Shown: piece by piece, positions 51,598-63,070 of the stretch
Layout: every line of letters starts with the position of its first letter
How positions within the stretch are numbered: position 1 is the first letter of the stretch
Source of the DNA: an uncultured Methanoregulaceae archaeon
Lineage (GTDB): Archaea; Halobacteriota; Methanomicrobia; Methanomicrobiales; Methanospirillaceae
Direction: 5' to 3'
DNA length: 64,000 bases
NCBI GenBank assembly: GCA_963701095.1
Contig: OY969564.1
Location: 2,496,001-2,560,000, forward strand
Program-made: the position numbers and the translations under genes
Notes under the pieces: model-generated
What the model was told of the DNA's origin: nothing
What the model saw: the letters and a program-made list of their open reading frames with translations, nothing else
The model's database searches: none

Positions 51598-52152
51598 ATG
51601 GCTGACAAACGGTACGAATCATTAAAAATTGAGAACGTGGTGGCTTCAGGAGTCATCGCCGAGTCCATAGATCTCAATGAGGTTTCCAGTAAGATCAAGA
51701 GCTGCGAGCTTAACACCAAAAGGTTCCCGGGTGCGGTATACCGTATCGAGAACCCGAAGATCGCTTCCCTAATCTTTTCCTCAGGTAAAGTTGTTCTTAC
51801 CGGAATCCGTGATGACAAAGCATTAAAAGACGGCCTTGCAATCATTATCAAATCCCTGAAGGAAGCGGGCGTAAAGACGCTGGACAAACCCCGGGTCGCA
51901 ATTACTAATATTGTCTGTTCTTACGACATTGGCAAGTACATCAATCTTAACAAGGTTGTTGTCACGCTCAACCTCGAAAACATTGAGTACGAACCCGAGC
52001 AGTTCCCTGGTCTCGTTTACCGGATTAAGGATCCCAAGATTGTGGCGCTTTTGTTCTCTTCAGGAAAGATCATCCTTACCGGCGGAAAAAATCTCGAGGA
52101 TATCAAGAAAGGTCTCGATTTTCTTGAACAGAAACTTGAAAGCATTATGTAA
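51598..52152 (+). CDS. tbp: TATA-box-binding protein
   Basis: IENVVAS, LIFSSGKVVLTG, YEPEQFPGLVYR. Confidence 0.97.
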   Translation: MADKRYESLKIENVVASGVIAESIDLNEVSSKIKSCELNTKRFPGAVYRIENPKIASLIFSSGKVVLTGIRDDKALKDGLAIIIKSLKEAGVKTLDKPRVAITNIVCSYDIGKYINLNKVVVTLNLENIEYEPEQFPGLVYRIKDPKIVALLFSSGKIILTGGKNLEDIKKGLDFLEQKLESIM

Positions 52153-52271
52153 TCCCGGTGCCGGTTCGTACCTGCATCACGACTTTTTTTTCGTAATTCT
52201 CTTTGAACTCTTTGAAGTATTTTGGATCCTTTTAAGGAAGCGCGAGCCTATCGGGAATGGTCCTGTAATCT

Positions 52272-54963
52272 TTATGCCCAGTACCGGTGTGTCTGGATGA
52301 AATTTCGTTCTGCTTTGAGGATCTCGCGGTAAAAAGCATCCCCGTCAGAAAGGGTAGCAAGGATCCGTGATGCGTTCTCAGGCCCCACTCCCCGGGCCGA
52401 GAGAGCGATGATAGCTTTTTCCCGCTCGAAAGAACGATATTTGCATTTCTGAACAGGCGCTGTTCGATTGCTCGTTCCTCCCCGGATTTCTTCTTTTTTG
52501 AGATGATATCATAGGAATCCGCCTCGTAGGGTTTAAGAGCGGCTATGAGTCTTGCGCCACACTTCGGACACTGGGGATTTTCCGGTACCCGGGAAACGAC
52601 GGTTCTGCTTCTCCAGTTCCGGCAGTTCATGCAGGCAAGGATAACCTCATCCTGATCAAGCCTTCGTTTCAGGGTTGCAAGAACTGCCTGGTCTGCGGTT
52701 GGCGGGGGAATCTGGTCACGGGAAGAGAGGATGCCGTCCGCTCCGATAATCGAGTGGGGGCCGATGGCGACTTCGATTTCGCCGGTTTTAACAAGGCTTA
52801 CGATCTGGGCTGCGGCATCTATGTCCATGTAACCGGACAACAGCTCGCGGTATGCTTCCTGCTGGACGACGGTATTGTCGAAATAGTCCAGTAACCGCTG
52901 GATGCTGATTTTTTCATAATCGGCATCCGGGTCGATCGCACCGAACTTTTTTGCGATTTGCACCAGTTTCCATTTGAAAAGCGCCGTTCGTTTGAGGGCA
53001 AGCCTGAGGATGCCCGGCATATGCTCAGGCTCAAGGGACAGGAGAAAATCGCGGATTTCAGCGGCCCGGACATCGAATGGCAGGCGCAACAGGATCCGGT
53101 ATGCATCCAGTTCGATTCCTACGGTGGTTCCGTACCGGGCCGAGATCAGGATAGAGAGTACCCGCCCTAACGCTTCATTTGCCTTATGGCCGGCACAGAC
53201 ATTGCAGACAACACCGTCATCGATATTCTCGAGGGTGATGAGCCGGTCTGTCGGGATTTTGCACCGGTTCTTCTCCATATCGGAAAGGACATGGGCGGCA
53301 AATGCTATGCTCTCTTTTTCTCTTGTGTACTGCCCGGTCGTGCGTTCACGACGTATTGCCCCGACCTCCCGCGCTACGGCAAACGGAACCGGTATCTGTT
53401 CACCTTCCCATGATGGGAGCTCACCAATTGCTTTCTTTGCAGGTTCAACGGTGAGGCGGCCTTCGTTTAATTCTAGGACCCGCCAGAGCTGACCTTTGGT
53501 TATGAACACGGCCCCGGTGTGCACCCATCCCACTACAAACGATTCGTCAAGTGTTCCTACGGTCCGGCGCGAGACCATGTCAAAGACGGGGATCTTGCGT
53601 TCATCATGGATCATCGAAAGGTTACCGGAGAGGTAACGCCGGGCGCGGGCTGTAGTTATAATCCGGCTGCTATCGATCCTTATGAGACGGTGTTCTTCGA
53701 GCTGGGAACAGACGTCATCAAGAAGCTTGTCGTCATCTGTAAAAAGGGATGTCCGGCTGATAATCGTCCCTATCCGGGAACGCTCTATTTCGCCATACTC
53801 TACGGCAATCGCTGCGATCTGGTTTGCAAGCACATCTGCAGCATGTGTGTCCGGTATCACCGGTTCGATCTCATTTGCCTGGGCGCGTCGTGTAATGACC
53901 AGTGATTCCAGAAGGTCGTCAAAACCGGTTGCAAGGATCGTGCCGCGGGATATGGTGTTGAGCTGGTGACCAGCACGTCCTACTCTCTGCACAAGCCGTG
54001 CAACCTCGCGGGGAGACCCAAACTGGATCACGTGGTCGACTCTTCCGATATCAATCCCGAGTTCCATGGACGACGTACAGATAAGGGTCCGGACCTCCCC
54101 TTTTTTGAACCGGTCTTCGGCATCGATGCGGATCTCTTTTGAAAGCGAACCATGATGCACTTCCACGTCGCCCCGGGAGAAGAGGGCATGACCCAGAGCC
54201 TCTGCAGTTACCCGGTGTTAACAAAGACGAGGGTCGAACCTTCCCGGTCGAGCGCCCGTTCAAGGGCCTGTACCTGGTGCTTGAAGTCGTCACCGACAAA
54301 AATAACGGAAATATCCAGTTGTTTTGCGACCGGTACCTCAACGATCTCACAAGGGCGCGAACCGCACAGGAACCGGGCAATTGTCTCAGGATTTCCTACG
54401 GTCGCAGAAAGGCCTATGCGCTGGAATTCCCCGGCGTATTCGGCGAGCCGTTCAAGCGCGACAGCAAGCTGTACGCCCCGCTTGCTTGCCGCCATCTCGT
54501 GGATTTCATCGATCACGACAAACCGGACATGTTCGAGATGTTTACGCAGCCTTTTTCCCATAAAGAGAGCCTGGAGCGTCTCCGGGGTGGTGATGAGGAG
54601 ATCGGGAGGCGACAGTGCCTGTTTCCGGCGTTCGTTGAGCGGAGTGTCTCCGTGACGGACACCAACGGTAAGACCGAGCTCGTGGCACCACCACTCCATC
54701 CGGGCCAGAATATCCCGGTTAAGTGAGCGGAGCGGTGTTACATATATAGCTTTGAAACCCCCGCCCGGTGGCATTTTGAGAAGTTCGTCAAAGACCGGGA
54801 ACATCGCACTCTCGGTTTTTCCTGTACCAGTCGGTGCAATCAGGACGATGTTTTTCTTTTTAAGGATAAGAGGAATTGCCTGTTCCTGTGCCGGGGAAAG
54901 CCGTAAAAAGCCTCGTTTCCTGATGCGCTCGCGGACCTGGTGACCGAGCAGTTCAAGCGTCAT
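52272..54963 (-). CDS. lhr: Lhr-family DEAD/DEAH helicase (frameshifts near 54214 and 52415)
   Basis: APTGTGKT, TTPETL, DEIH, LSAT, HHGSLS, ELGIDIG, QRVGRAGH, C-terminal CxxC..CxxC. Confidence 0.9.
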
Positions 54964-55738
54964 GATGACCTTTCCCCGGCTTTTTATCCATATCATCGTC
55001 TTCGAGAAACAGCGAAAGCGGGCCGATGTATGACCCATCGGCAAGGATAATCTCTGCATCTTCCTGTCGTATGCATCGGGAGATCGGTGAGAACGGATCG
55101 CGGGCAATCCTGACAATATCATAGCCTGAGATCTCGTTAAACGCGGGTACAAACAGTGCCCGTGCGACGCCACTTCCCTCTGGTATGTCAAGGCCAAGTG
55201 CAGATGTGTCGATAGTTGCCCGCAGGTATGCCGGGGCCTGAAGGGAACAGCCCACATGATCGCGCAGGTTTACCTGGGGGTGATGGTGACCTGTTATGAG
55301 GAGATGACCCCCCAGGTGTGCAGCTGGGTACGTATGCCCGTGGAAGTATGCAACATCGTCAATAACCGCCCCCTCTTTAGGCTGAAGCTCACCGTTTTGG
55401 AGGAACCGTTCGATACCAATATCATGGTTTCCCGGGAACACAAGAATCGGGATGCGGCGACGGATTGTATCGAGGATCCCGGGGATTTCTGCCCATTCCT
55501 GCCGGGTAAGCGTGGGAATACTGTGTTTTATGTCCCCGAGAAGGACAAGACGGTCCGGCGCCGAAGTATCTACCGTCTTCAAAAGCCGGTCGAGACGTTC
55601 GCGACTGTGGCTCCTGAAATGCAGGCCATGTGCGGCAAGATCGGCTTCGATCCCGAAATGAAGATCGGCAACAATGAGCGTGCGCTCGGTGTTTTCTATA
55701 AGAAGAGCCGGACCATCACGGATAAACTCCAGTCTCAT
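54953..55738 (-). CDS. Metallophosphoesterase (Lhr-associated MPE type)
   Basis: ADLHFG, LGDIKH, GNHD, HGH, GHHHP, PAFN. Confidence 0.9.
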   Translation of the reverse strand: MRLEFIRDGPALLIENTERTLIVADLHFGIEADLAAHGLHFRSHSRERLDRLLKTVDTSAPDRLVLLGDIKHSIPTLTRQEWAEIPGILDTIRRRIPILVFPGNHDIGIERFLQNGELQPKEGAVIDDVAYFHGHTYPAAHLGGHLLITGHHHPQVNLRDHVGCSLQAPAYLRATIDTSALGLDIPEGSGVARALFVPAFNEISGYDIVRIARDPFSPISRCIRQEDAEIILADGSYIGPLSLFLEDDDMDKKPGKGHHDA

Positions 55739-56508
55739 AATGGTTTTACGTATCCTTTCTGGGGCTGGTAGCAATCGTCGTTGGTTATCAGGGTCTCGAT
55801 CGCGGAAAGTACCGCCTCCTGACTGTACCCTAACGATATACCTTCGTCAATTATGTCCTGAACGGCAACGCCCCGGGGACCGCTTTTTGCACAGATGATC
55901 TCCATCACCTTTTCGCTAATGTCGGTTTCTGCGGCAACCGGATTTCCGGTTGTTGAAGGGATACCGGTAAGCGCACGTTCAACCATCGCCGCCATAATAG
56001 TGATCTGCTCCTTTGTCAGGTTGTAATGCCGGACTACCCGTTCAGCCTTTGCATCTTCTGATTGTCCTTCAAGCGCGGCAAGCAGGAGCTCAAGCCGTTC
56101 AGCCATCATATCTGCCGTGGCAACGATCCACCGGTTCCGGGTTGATTTATCGATTTCCTGGATATAATCAGGTTTGACAGAAACTTCCCAGGTCCCGTTT
56201 TTCCGGTAAAGCCGGGCTGTCCCGGTCACCGCAACAAATGATGGTACCGGGATCGTCCGGATCTGTTCCATGACGATTCCCCGCCGGAGCCCGGTGACAA
56301 GGTCAAACGCACCGGTAGGATCGGCAAGACGGCAGAGAAGTACATCTGCGTTCTCGGTGACCTCAGTAAGCGCACCGCACAGGTAGACAGACCGGCACCA
56401 CGCCCCTCCCGGAGTCACAACCCATGCTGTGCTATTAGAATCCTTGCCGGGAACTGCAAGAGTGGATCCGGAGAAATCTCCGGCAAAAACGCGGGCCGCA
56501 CCTTCCAT
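55735..56508 (-). CDS. RPA-family OB-fold + winged-helix protein
   Basis: ARVFA, VTPGGA, GALTEV, RLADPTG, RNRWI, C-terminal CYQP..G. Confidence 0.75.
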   Translation of the reverse strand: MEGAARVFAGDFSGSTLAVPGKDSNSTAWVVTPGGAWCRSVYLCGALTEVTENADVLLCRLADPTGAFDLVTGLRRGIVMEQIRTIPVPSFVAVTGTARLYRKNGTWEVSVKPDYIQEIDKSTRNRWIVATADMMAERLELLLAALEGQSEDAKAERVVRHYNLTKEQITIMAAMVERALTGIPSTTGNPVAAETDISEKVMEIICAKSGPRGVAVQDIIDEGISLGYSQEAVLSAIETLITNDDCYQPQKGYVKPL

Positions 56509-56695
56509 GATTGTGATAAGTACTTGCAAAAGAGAGATATTCAAAGTATAGGCGTTGATAAAAGAACGGGGATTGAAAAATAGGTTCTTGGTGCATCAAT
56601 TTATCCCAGAATTATAACCGATTGACCTCCACTGTCGTTACAATCCCACATACCGGCATAAACTGCAGAAATAGGGAAGAAAGGATTGGTAGTAT

Positions 56696-57259
56696 TTATC
56701 GATTATATCGCCGGAGACTTGGTTTTCGTTTATTTATAAATGATCGGGAATAATCTTGTGTGATGGATCGAGAGGCTGATGCATTTGCATAAGCCGAGGC
56801 TGCATCAGAAGTCATGTTCAGGTCTTGAAATGCGCGTGCCTTCCAGTACCAGGCTATACTCTTGAGTGTTGTCAGATTCCCGGTTGCGTTGATAGCGACG
56901 TCCGCGGCAGATATCGCATCATTGTTCCGGCCTAGCTCTACCAGAATTCCCGCACGGTTCGACTGGATGATTGGGATTAAAGAACTTACATTTTGAGCAA
57001 GGGCAAAATCGGCGTCCTGCAGTGCCTCACTATAATTCCCGGCATAAGCGAGATCAACGCTCATGCAATAATACTCACCAGCTACTTCTACAGGGCTCTT
57101 GGCTTGTTCCGGAGAAAGAGGACCCTGTCTGACTACAACAAAAACTGCAGTCGCAACAATGCAGACAACAACCACGACACAGATTGCAATAATAATTTTT
57201 CGAGAAATCCTCTTTTTTTCCGGTAGAATTTTTCGGCTTTTGGTTTTGTTCTTACTCAT
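56696..57259 (-). CDS. Membrane-anchored TPR-like protein
   Basis: N-terminal TM helix; TPR-like helices (GNYSEAL, NRAGILVELGR..DAI, AWYWKARA). Confidence 0.7.
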   Translation of the reverse strand: MSKNKTKSRKILPEKKRISRKIIIAICVVVVVCIVATAVFVVVRQGPLSPEQAKSPVEVAGEYYCMSVDLAYAGNYSEALQDADFALAQNVSSLIPIIQSNRAGILVELGRNNDAISAADVAINATGNLTTLKSIAWYWKARAFQDLNMTSDAASAYANASASRSITQDYSRSFINKRKPSLRRYNR

Positions 57260-57285
57260 CTATTAAAAGAAGGAAATTTCGATGA

Positions 57286-58284
57286 TTAATACTTCCGCCT
57301 CATTGCAAAAGCAAACCCTGCTACACCTAGGCCAAAGATTGCACTATATTCAGGCAACGGAGAATAGGTAGTCTTTTTCGGTATTACTGTTGCTGTTGGC
57401 AAAACGGTTGATGGCACCGTCGTAATAACTGTCGCAGTTGCGGCTGGCGTAGCCATAGTCGGCTGAACCGTTGTTGGTATTGCGTAAGCGGGAACAGTAA
57501 ACGTGATTGTTTTATCGCCACTAGTTACGTTTCCTATTGCTGTCAAACCCGGGTAACTAGGACTCATGCCGTTGAGATTCTGGGAGACCTCAAAGGTATA
57601 CGTCCCCGCCGGATATACCCTGCTTCCATCTGTGGATATCGCATTGCGGTTCCAGGACGGGCCATATGGCCATATATACGGCGAGGATGATATGACCGGA
57701 TTGCTATTGAACGGGAGGATCTGAGTTGTTGGGTTTCCCACGTTTCCTGTGAAGATATGGGGAATATTACCTCCCGATGGAGAAGTAAGGGTGACTGTGT
57801 AAAAAATGTCAGAAGGATTGGCATTGGGACGTGTTGAATAATTAGCCATCCACAGGTTTGTATCGATATGATAGGTCACGTTCGTGGACATCGGTACCGT
57901 CTGGCCGGTGATATCTGTGTTGGTATCTACATTCCATATTGAGAGATTGATCTGGGGTTGGTAAACGACAAAGACCGGGACATTAGGTTTTGTATCATAG
58001 GAATACCATGTGCCGGTATATCCGGTAAAAATAGCCGGATCTACATAAAACGATGTTTGTCTCCCAGTTACCGTTACCGTTTGAGAAGGACTTGTGCTCA
58101 TGTCAGACCCTGGCGGCCACCAGGCAATAACCGAATGGCCGTTCAACGCTGCCGTGATATCAAGGTTGTGTTCACCAATAAAAACCGGTGCATCGGAAAC
58201 GATCTTCCCAAGGCTTGCATTTGCAGGAGCCAGGATAAGAACCATAAGCATGAGAAAAACAAGGCAAATTCGATTGGATAACAT
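57286..58284 (-). CDS. DUF3821-like surface protein with archaeosortase-type C-terminal anchor
   Basis: Signal peptide, VFIGE..LDIT, Thr/Pro linker, SPL + TM helix + RRK tail. Confidence 0.7.
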   Translation of the reverse strand: MLSNRICLVFLMLMVLILAPANASLGKIVSDAPVFIGEHNLDITAALNGHSVIAWWPPGSDMSTSPSQTVTVTGRQTSFYVDPAIFTGYTGTWYSYDTKPNVPVFVVYQPQINLSIWNVDTNTDITGQTVPMSTNVTYHIDTNLWMANYSTRPNANPSDIFYTVTLTSPSGGNIPHIFTGNVGNPTTQILPFNSNPVISSSPYIWPYGPSWNRNAISTDGSRVYPAGTYTFEVSQNLNGMSPSYPGLTAIGNVTSGDKTITFTVPAYAIPTTVQPTMATPAATATVITTVPSTVLPTATVIPKKTTYSPLPEYSAIFGLGVAGFAFAMRRKY

Positions 58285-58433
58285 GAAAAGTAATTTCAAA
58301 ACTCTTATGATAAAGATTATGACATTTTAGTGATTATCTACAGGATCCTTTTCTGTACAGGGACCGGCATCTTCCGGATTTCTGGCAGGAAAAATCAATC
58401 ATAGTCCAGAGACAATCTAGTCTGTACCAATAG

Positions 58434-59411
58434 GTGATGCGCATGGATGAGACCCATACGATATGGATAGAAAAGTATCGGCCGGCACGGCTCGCTGATA
58501 TTGTCGGGCAGGACGATATTGTTGAACGGCTCTCATCGTATGTGAAATCCGGTAACCTCCCCCATCTTCTCTTTACCGGAAGCGCCGGCGTAGGAAAAAC
58601 AACTGCAGCAGTTACACTTGCCCGGGAATTTTTCGGATCATCATGGCAGATGAACTTCCGGGAACTCAATGCGTCCGATGAACGGGGGATTGATGTCGTA
58701 CGTAACCAGATCAAAGAGTTCGCCAGAACAAAACCCTTCGGGGATACAACCTTCAAGATCCTGTTCCTCGATGAGGCGGATGCGCTCACGACTGACGCCC
58801 AGGCGGCACTGCGCAGGACTATGGAGAGCTATGCAAATATCTGCCGGTTCATCCTTTCCTGCAATTATTCATCGAAGATCATCGACCCTATCCAGAGTCG
58901 GTGCGCGATCTACCGGTTCAGGCCGCTTAGTCCGGAGGCGGTAAAAGAGGAGATCGCACGAATTGCGGCAAAAGAACATTTGACGGTTACACCCCTGGCA
59001 ATGGATGCCATGGTTTATATCGCGCAAGGAGATATGAGAAAGGCAATCAATGCTCTGCAGGGTGCTGCAATCATCAGCACGAAGATCGAGGCCCCGATGG
59101 TTTATGCAATCACTTCCAACGCGCGGCCTGACGAAATTGAGAATCTCCTCAAAGTAGCTCTTAGTGGTGATTTTGACGGGGCTGAATCCCTGCTTATGCG
59201 GCTGCTGCGTGAGCGGGGGATCTCGCCAAACGAATTGATCAACCAGTGTTACCGGGCTTTGGTAAAACGTGAAATGAACAGGACACTCAAGGTGGAATTG
59301 GTTGACGCTCTTGGAGAGACCGATTTCCGGCTCTCTGAGGGGGCAAACAGCGATATCCAGATGGAGGCGCTGATCGCCCGCTTCGTTCTTGCCAGTACAA
59401 AACAGCGGTGA
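58434..59411 (+). CDS. rfcS: Replication factor C small subunit
   Basis: [31 protein letters not shown]. Confidence 0.96.
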   Translation: MMRMDETHTIWIEKYRPARLADIVGQDDIVERLSSYVKSGNLPHLLFTGSAGVGKTTAAVTLAREFFGSSWQMNFRELNASDERGIDVVRNQIKEFARTKPFGDTTFKILFLDEADALTTDAQAALRRTMESYANICRFILSCNYSSKIIDPIQSRCAIYRFRPLSPEAVKEEIARIAAKEHLTVTPLAMDAMVYIAQGDMRKAINALQGAAIISTKIEAPMVYAITSNARPDEIENLLKVALSGDFDGAESLLMRLLRERGISPNELINQCYRALVKREMNRTLKVELVDALGETDFRLSEGANSDIQMEALIARFVLASTKQR

Positions 59412-59421
59412 GGGAAAGATA

Positions 59422-61533
59422 ATGGAGAAAAACCCCGAACTGCACCAGGGTGACCGCGCCGATGACTGGGGCCGGTTCCTTAAAAGCCGGTACAAGAAAG
59501 AACTTGGCGAAATAACCCGGCTCTATCCCCACAAACGTTCACTCGTCGTAGATTACCGCCAGATCGAGCGGTTCGGTAAAGCAGGAATAACTCTTGCAGA
59601 TGAACTTCTTGAAAACCCCGGTAAAGTACTCGAGGATGTCTGGGACGGGATTAAACATAACCAGCTGATTCGGACCAAAGATGGAAAAGAGCCAAAGGGC
59701 ATCAATATACGGTTTACAAACCTTCCTAAAAAGACTGCTATCCGTGAGATCCGGTCTGACGATATTAACCGGTTTGTTTCTGTTGAAGGTATCCTCAGGA
59801 AGACTACAGAAGTACGTCCCCGGATCGTGGAAGCGGTTTTCAAGTGTCCGGCCGGGCATTTTACCAAGAAATCCCAGAAATATGGTAAATTCATTGAACC
59901 AGAAGGATGCTCAACAGACGGATGCACCTTCAAGAAACTGGAACTGATCCCAAAGAGGTCTACATTTGTCGATTCCCAGAAACTCAGGGTTCAGGAGTCT
60001 CCTGAAGGTCTCCGAGGTGGAGAACAACCGCAGACGCTCGATATCGATGTGACTGACGATCTTACCGGTATGGTTGCAGCGGGTGACCGGGTTATCATCA
60101 ACGGAGTTCTCCGATCCATGCAGCGCATGGTGAAAGGGGAGAAGAGCACGGTCTTTGATATTTTCCTTGAATGCAACTCGATCGAGATCGCCGAAAAGGA
60201 GTTCGAAGAAGTCGAGATCGACGAAAAGGCAGAAGATGAAATCAAGAAACTCTCCAAGGATCCTATGATCTACCGGATGGCAACCCATTCTATAGCCCCG
60301 ACAATCTATGGAAACGACGATGTCAAAGATGCGATCACTCTCCAGCTTTTCGGGGGTATTGCAAAAGAGATGCCGGATGGGAGCCACCTGAGAGGAGACA
60401 TCCATGTCCTTTTGATCGGGGATCCCGGAATAGCAAAAAGCCAGCTCCTCCGTTATATCGTGAAATGTTCGCCACGTGCTATCTATACAAGCGGCCAGTC
60501 CTCAACATCGGCCGGTCTTACCGCTACCGCAGTCAAGGATGAGTTTGGCGAGGGTCGCTGGACACTGGAAGCCGGGGCGCTTGTCCTTGCAGACATGGGT
60601 ATTGCTGCTGTCGATGAGATGGACAAAATGCAAAAAGAGGACCGGTCCGCCCTCCACGAGGCGATGGAGCAACAGACCATCAGCGTTGCAAAAGCGGGTA
60701 TTACCGCGACACTTAAATCCCGGTGTGCGCTCCTTGGGGCTGCTAACCCGAAATACGGTCGTTTCGACATGTTCGGGGATATTGCCGATCAGATTAACAT
60801 GCCCCCATCGCTTCTCTCACGCTTTGATTTGATCTTTATTATGACGGATCAGCCGGAACAGAAACGGGATCTTGCCATTGCTGAACATATCCTCAAAGCA
60901 CATGGCATCGGCGAACTTATCGCCCAGCACAAGAAGACACCGATCCCTGGTATCACACAGGAATACATCGACCAGCAGCTCAAACCGGTCATGCCGGACA
61001 TTGAACCGGCACTTTTCAGGAAGTATGTCGCGTATGCCAAACGCACCTGTTTTCCAATCCTTTCGGCAGAAGCAAAAGAGGCTTTGGTAAGTTATTATCT
61101 CAAACTCAGGGGGATTGCGGAACCCAACAAACCGGTGCCGGTCACCGCCCGGCAGCTTGAAGCGCTTGTCCGGCTTGGAGAAGCAAGCGCCCGGATCCGG
61201 CTCTCGGACAAGATTGAAGCCGGGGACGCAGAACGCGTGATACGCATCGTTGATGCATGCCTGCGCCAGATCGCCTACGATGCAAAGACCGGAAACTTTG
61301 ATATCGACAAGGTCGCGACCGGAATATCCAAGGAAAAACGCGATATAGTCCGGGTGATCAAGGATGCGATCCGTGAGATTGGGGGAGAAGGCCGCCGTGC
61401 TGCTGTCGATCAGGTGGTAGAGAACGTTACGTCCAAGGGATTTGCGCATGATAAAGTGCGGGAAGGAATCGATATGCTCCTGCGACACGGTGAAGCCATG
61501 GAGCCAAAACAGGGCATCATCCAGTTGATTTAG
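59422..61533 (+). CDS. mcm: MCM replicative helicase
   Basis: GDPGIAKSQ, GLTA, DEMDKM, AMEQQ, SRFD; no intein seen. Confidence 0.97.
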   Translation: MEKNPELHQGDRADDWGRFLKSRYKKELGEITRLYPHKRSLVVDYRQIERFGKAGITLADELLENPGKVLEDVWDGIKHNQLIRTKDGKEPKGINIRFTNLPKKTAIREIRSDDINRFVSVEGILRKTTEVRPRIVEAVFKCPAGHFTKKSQKYGKFIEPEGCSTDGCTFKKLELIPKRSTFVDSQKLRVQESPEGLRGGEQPQTLDIDVTDDLTGMVAAGDRVIINGVLRSMQRMVKGEKSTVFDIFLECNSIEIAEKEFEEVEIDEKAEDEIKKLSKDPMIYRMATHSIAPTIYGNDDVKDAITLQLFGGIAKEMPDGSHLRGDIHVLLIGDPGIAKSQLLRYIVKCSPRAIYTSGQSSTSAGLTATAVKDEFGEGRWTLEAGALVLADMGIAAVDEMDKMQKEDRSALHEAMEQQTISVAKAGITATLKSRCALLGAANPKYGRFDMFGDIADQINMPPSLLSRFDLIFIMTDQPEQKRDLAIAEHILKAHGIGELIAQHKKTPIPGITQEYIDQQLKPVMPDIEPALFRKYVAYAKRTCFPILSAEAKEALVSYYLKLRGIAEPNKPVPVTARQLEALVRLGEASARIRLSDKIEAGDAERVIRIVDACLRQIAYDAKTGNFDIDKVATGISKEKRDIVRVIKDAIREIGGEGRRAAVDQVVENVTSKGFAHDKVREGIDMLLRHGEAMEPKQGIIQLI

Positions 61534-61547
61534 TGAGGTGGAAAAGT

Positions 61548-61925
61548 ATGAAACTGTCACAAGCCGGAGACAAATCCACCGATCGGGAACGGGCAATCTT
61601 TGAAGCCGGAATCAAACTCGGGGCGCTTTATCATCAATGGGTTGGAACACCGATTGCACAGGAATCAGCACAAAGTGTCGCATCTGCAATCGAAAAAGCT
61701 GTAATTCTCCAGCCTTTTGTCGAGGAAATCACGGTGAATCTCGATCCCCTGCTAATGAAAAAGAATGTATTTGGGTATAGCGAACTCTCCGGATTAATGT
61801 TTGATGTGGAGATCGTAACCCGGGTGGGATTTTCGTACTGCCGGGCCACGCTTACTCCTGATAACGGCTACCCTCTCATGAGAATTCTGGAGTGCCATGA
61901 GATCACGACTCTTTCCGATAACTGA
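61548..61925 (+). CDS. mptD: Archaeal dihydroneopterin aldolase (MptD family)
   Basis: FEAGIKLGALYHQ..GTP, QPFV, GYSEL, YPLM. Confidence 0.8.
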   Translation: MKLSQAGDKSTDRERAIFEAGIKLGALYHQWVGTPIAQESAQSVASAIEKAVILQPFVEEITVNLDPLLMKKNVFGYSELSGLMFDVEIVTRVGFSYCRATLTPDNGYPLMRILECHEITTLSDN

Positions 61926-62722
61926 CGATCATATCCATTTCGATCCCATAAACGGACGGGGAGTCGAAGCGGCAAAGGATTTCCTGCATGCAGGAGGGAC
62001 ACATATCTTTCTTGTATCGAAACCTTCGTGGTCGCTTGGAGTCTCACCGGTCTCTGGAACGGATTACGTGCCCGTTTTTGACGAAACGCTCCGGGTCGCC
62101 GGGTTAATACGGGAGACCGGCCTTGTCGTGTTTCCTGTCCTGGGTATTCATCCCGCCGAAATAAGCAGACTTACGGAACGTATGTCGTTATCTCAGGCAG
62201 TTACAGTCATGAAAGAAGGACTTGAACATGCCGCAGGTTATATCAGGGACGGTAGTGCGGTTGCCCTTAAGAGTGGGCGGCCGCATTATGAAGTAAGCCC
62301 TGAAGTATGGGCGGCTTCAAATGAAGTACTGTCCCATGCTCTCGAACTAGCCGCAGGATACCGTTGCGCTCTCCAGATCCATGCAGAAAGCGGGCCGTGT
62401 ACTGATATTGTCGGGATGGCCGAAGCTGCTGGCATTCCGGTTGATCGTGTTGTCAAGCATTACGGATCACCCGACACACCGTTGCATCCTTCACTTGTAG
62501 CCCGACATGAAGCAATTCCGGTCCTCGCCCGGAACACCGGCCGTTCACCATGGAAAGCGATTTTATGGATGAGAACTCCCGCCGGGTGCTGTGACCGGCC
62601 CTAAATCCGTTCCACGGATCACAAAAAAACTACTTGAATCGGGTGCAATTACTGAAGACGACTGCTGGCGTATTCACGGAGAGACCGTAGAGAAGGTTTA
62701 CGGTGTCCGCATTACATTGTAA
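61897..62722 (+). CDS. TatD-like metal-dependent hydrolase (frameshifts near 62530-62600)
   Basis: TDDHIH, GIHPAE, GRPHY, QIHAE, VKHY; tail continues in other frames to ...VEKVYGVRITL*. Confidence 0.8.
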
Positions 62723-62776
62723 ACCCCAGGTATCCTTCCCATCTTTTATCTGGTGGCCACGCCAAAGATCTGATCA

Positions 62777-63070
62777 ATGTTTCTTAAAATACACCACTCA
62801 CCGGAAATTGGCGATGTGGTTGCAGTCTGTGACTATGAACTGCTCAATACAACCATTACCGGTGGCGACCTTAAAGTCACGCCATCGGGATATTTTTATG
62901 GAACCACGCGGGTGGACGAGGCTGCAGTAACCGAGGCCCTTCGTACAGGTGGAAATATCAATCTCATTGGAGAACGCGCTGTTGGCGTAGCCGTAAGGAT
63001 GGGTTTGATCACCCGCGCCGACTGTATCATGATCGGCAGTGTCCCGCATGCCCAAATCTACCAGCTATGA
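62777..63070 (+). CDS. DUF424 family protein
   Basis: VVAVCDYELL, FYG, NLIGERAV, VPHAQ. Confidence 0.85.
   Translation: MFLKIHHSPEIGDVVAVCDYELLNTTITGGDLKVTPSGYFYGTTRVDEAAVTEALRTGGNINLIGERAVGVAVRMGLITRADCIMIGSVPHAQIYQL

Noticed and set aside
52272..56508. Lhr + metallophosphoesterase + RPA-family cluster as a new defence system
   Set aside because: Lhr-MPE linkage is a known DNA-repair neighbourhood in core context
58434..61533. Inteins in RFC-S or MCM, or a mobile-element MCM
   Set aside because: Normal lengths, contiguous motifs and a housekeeping context
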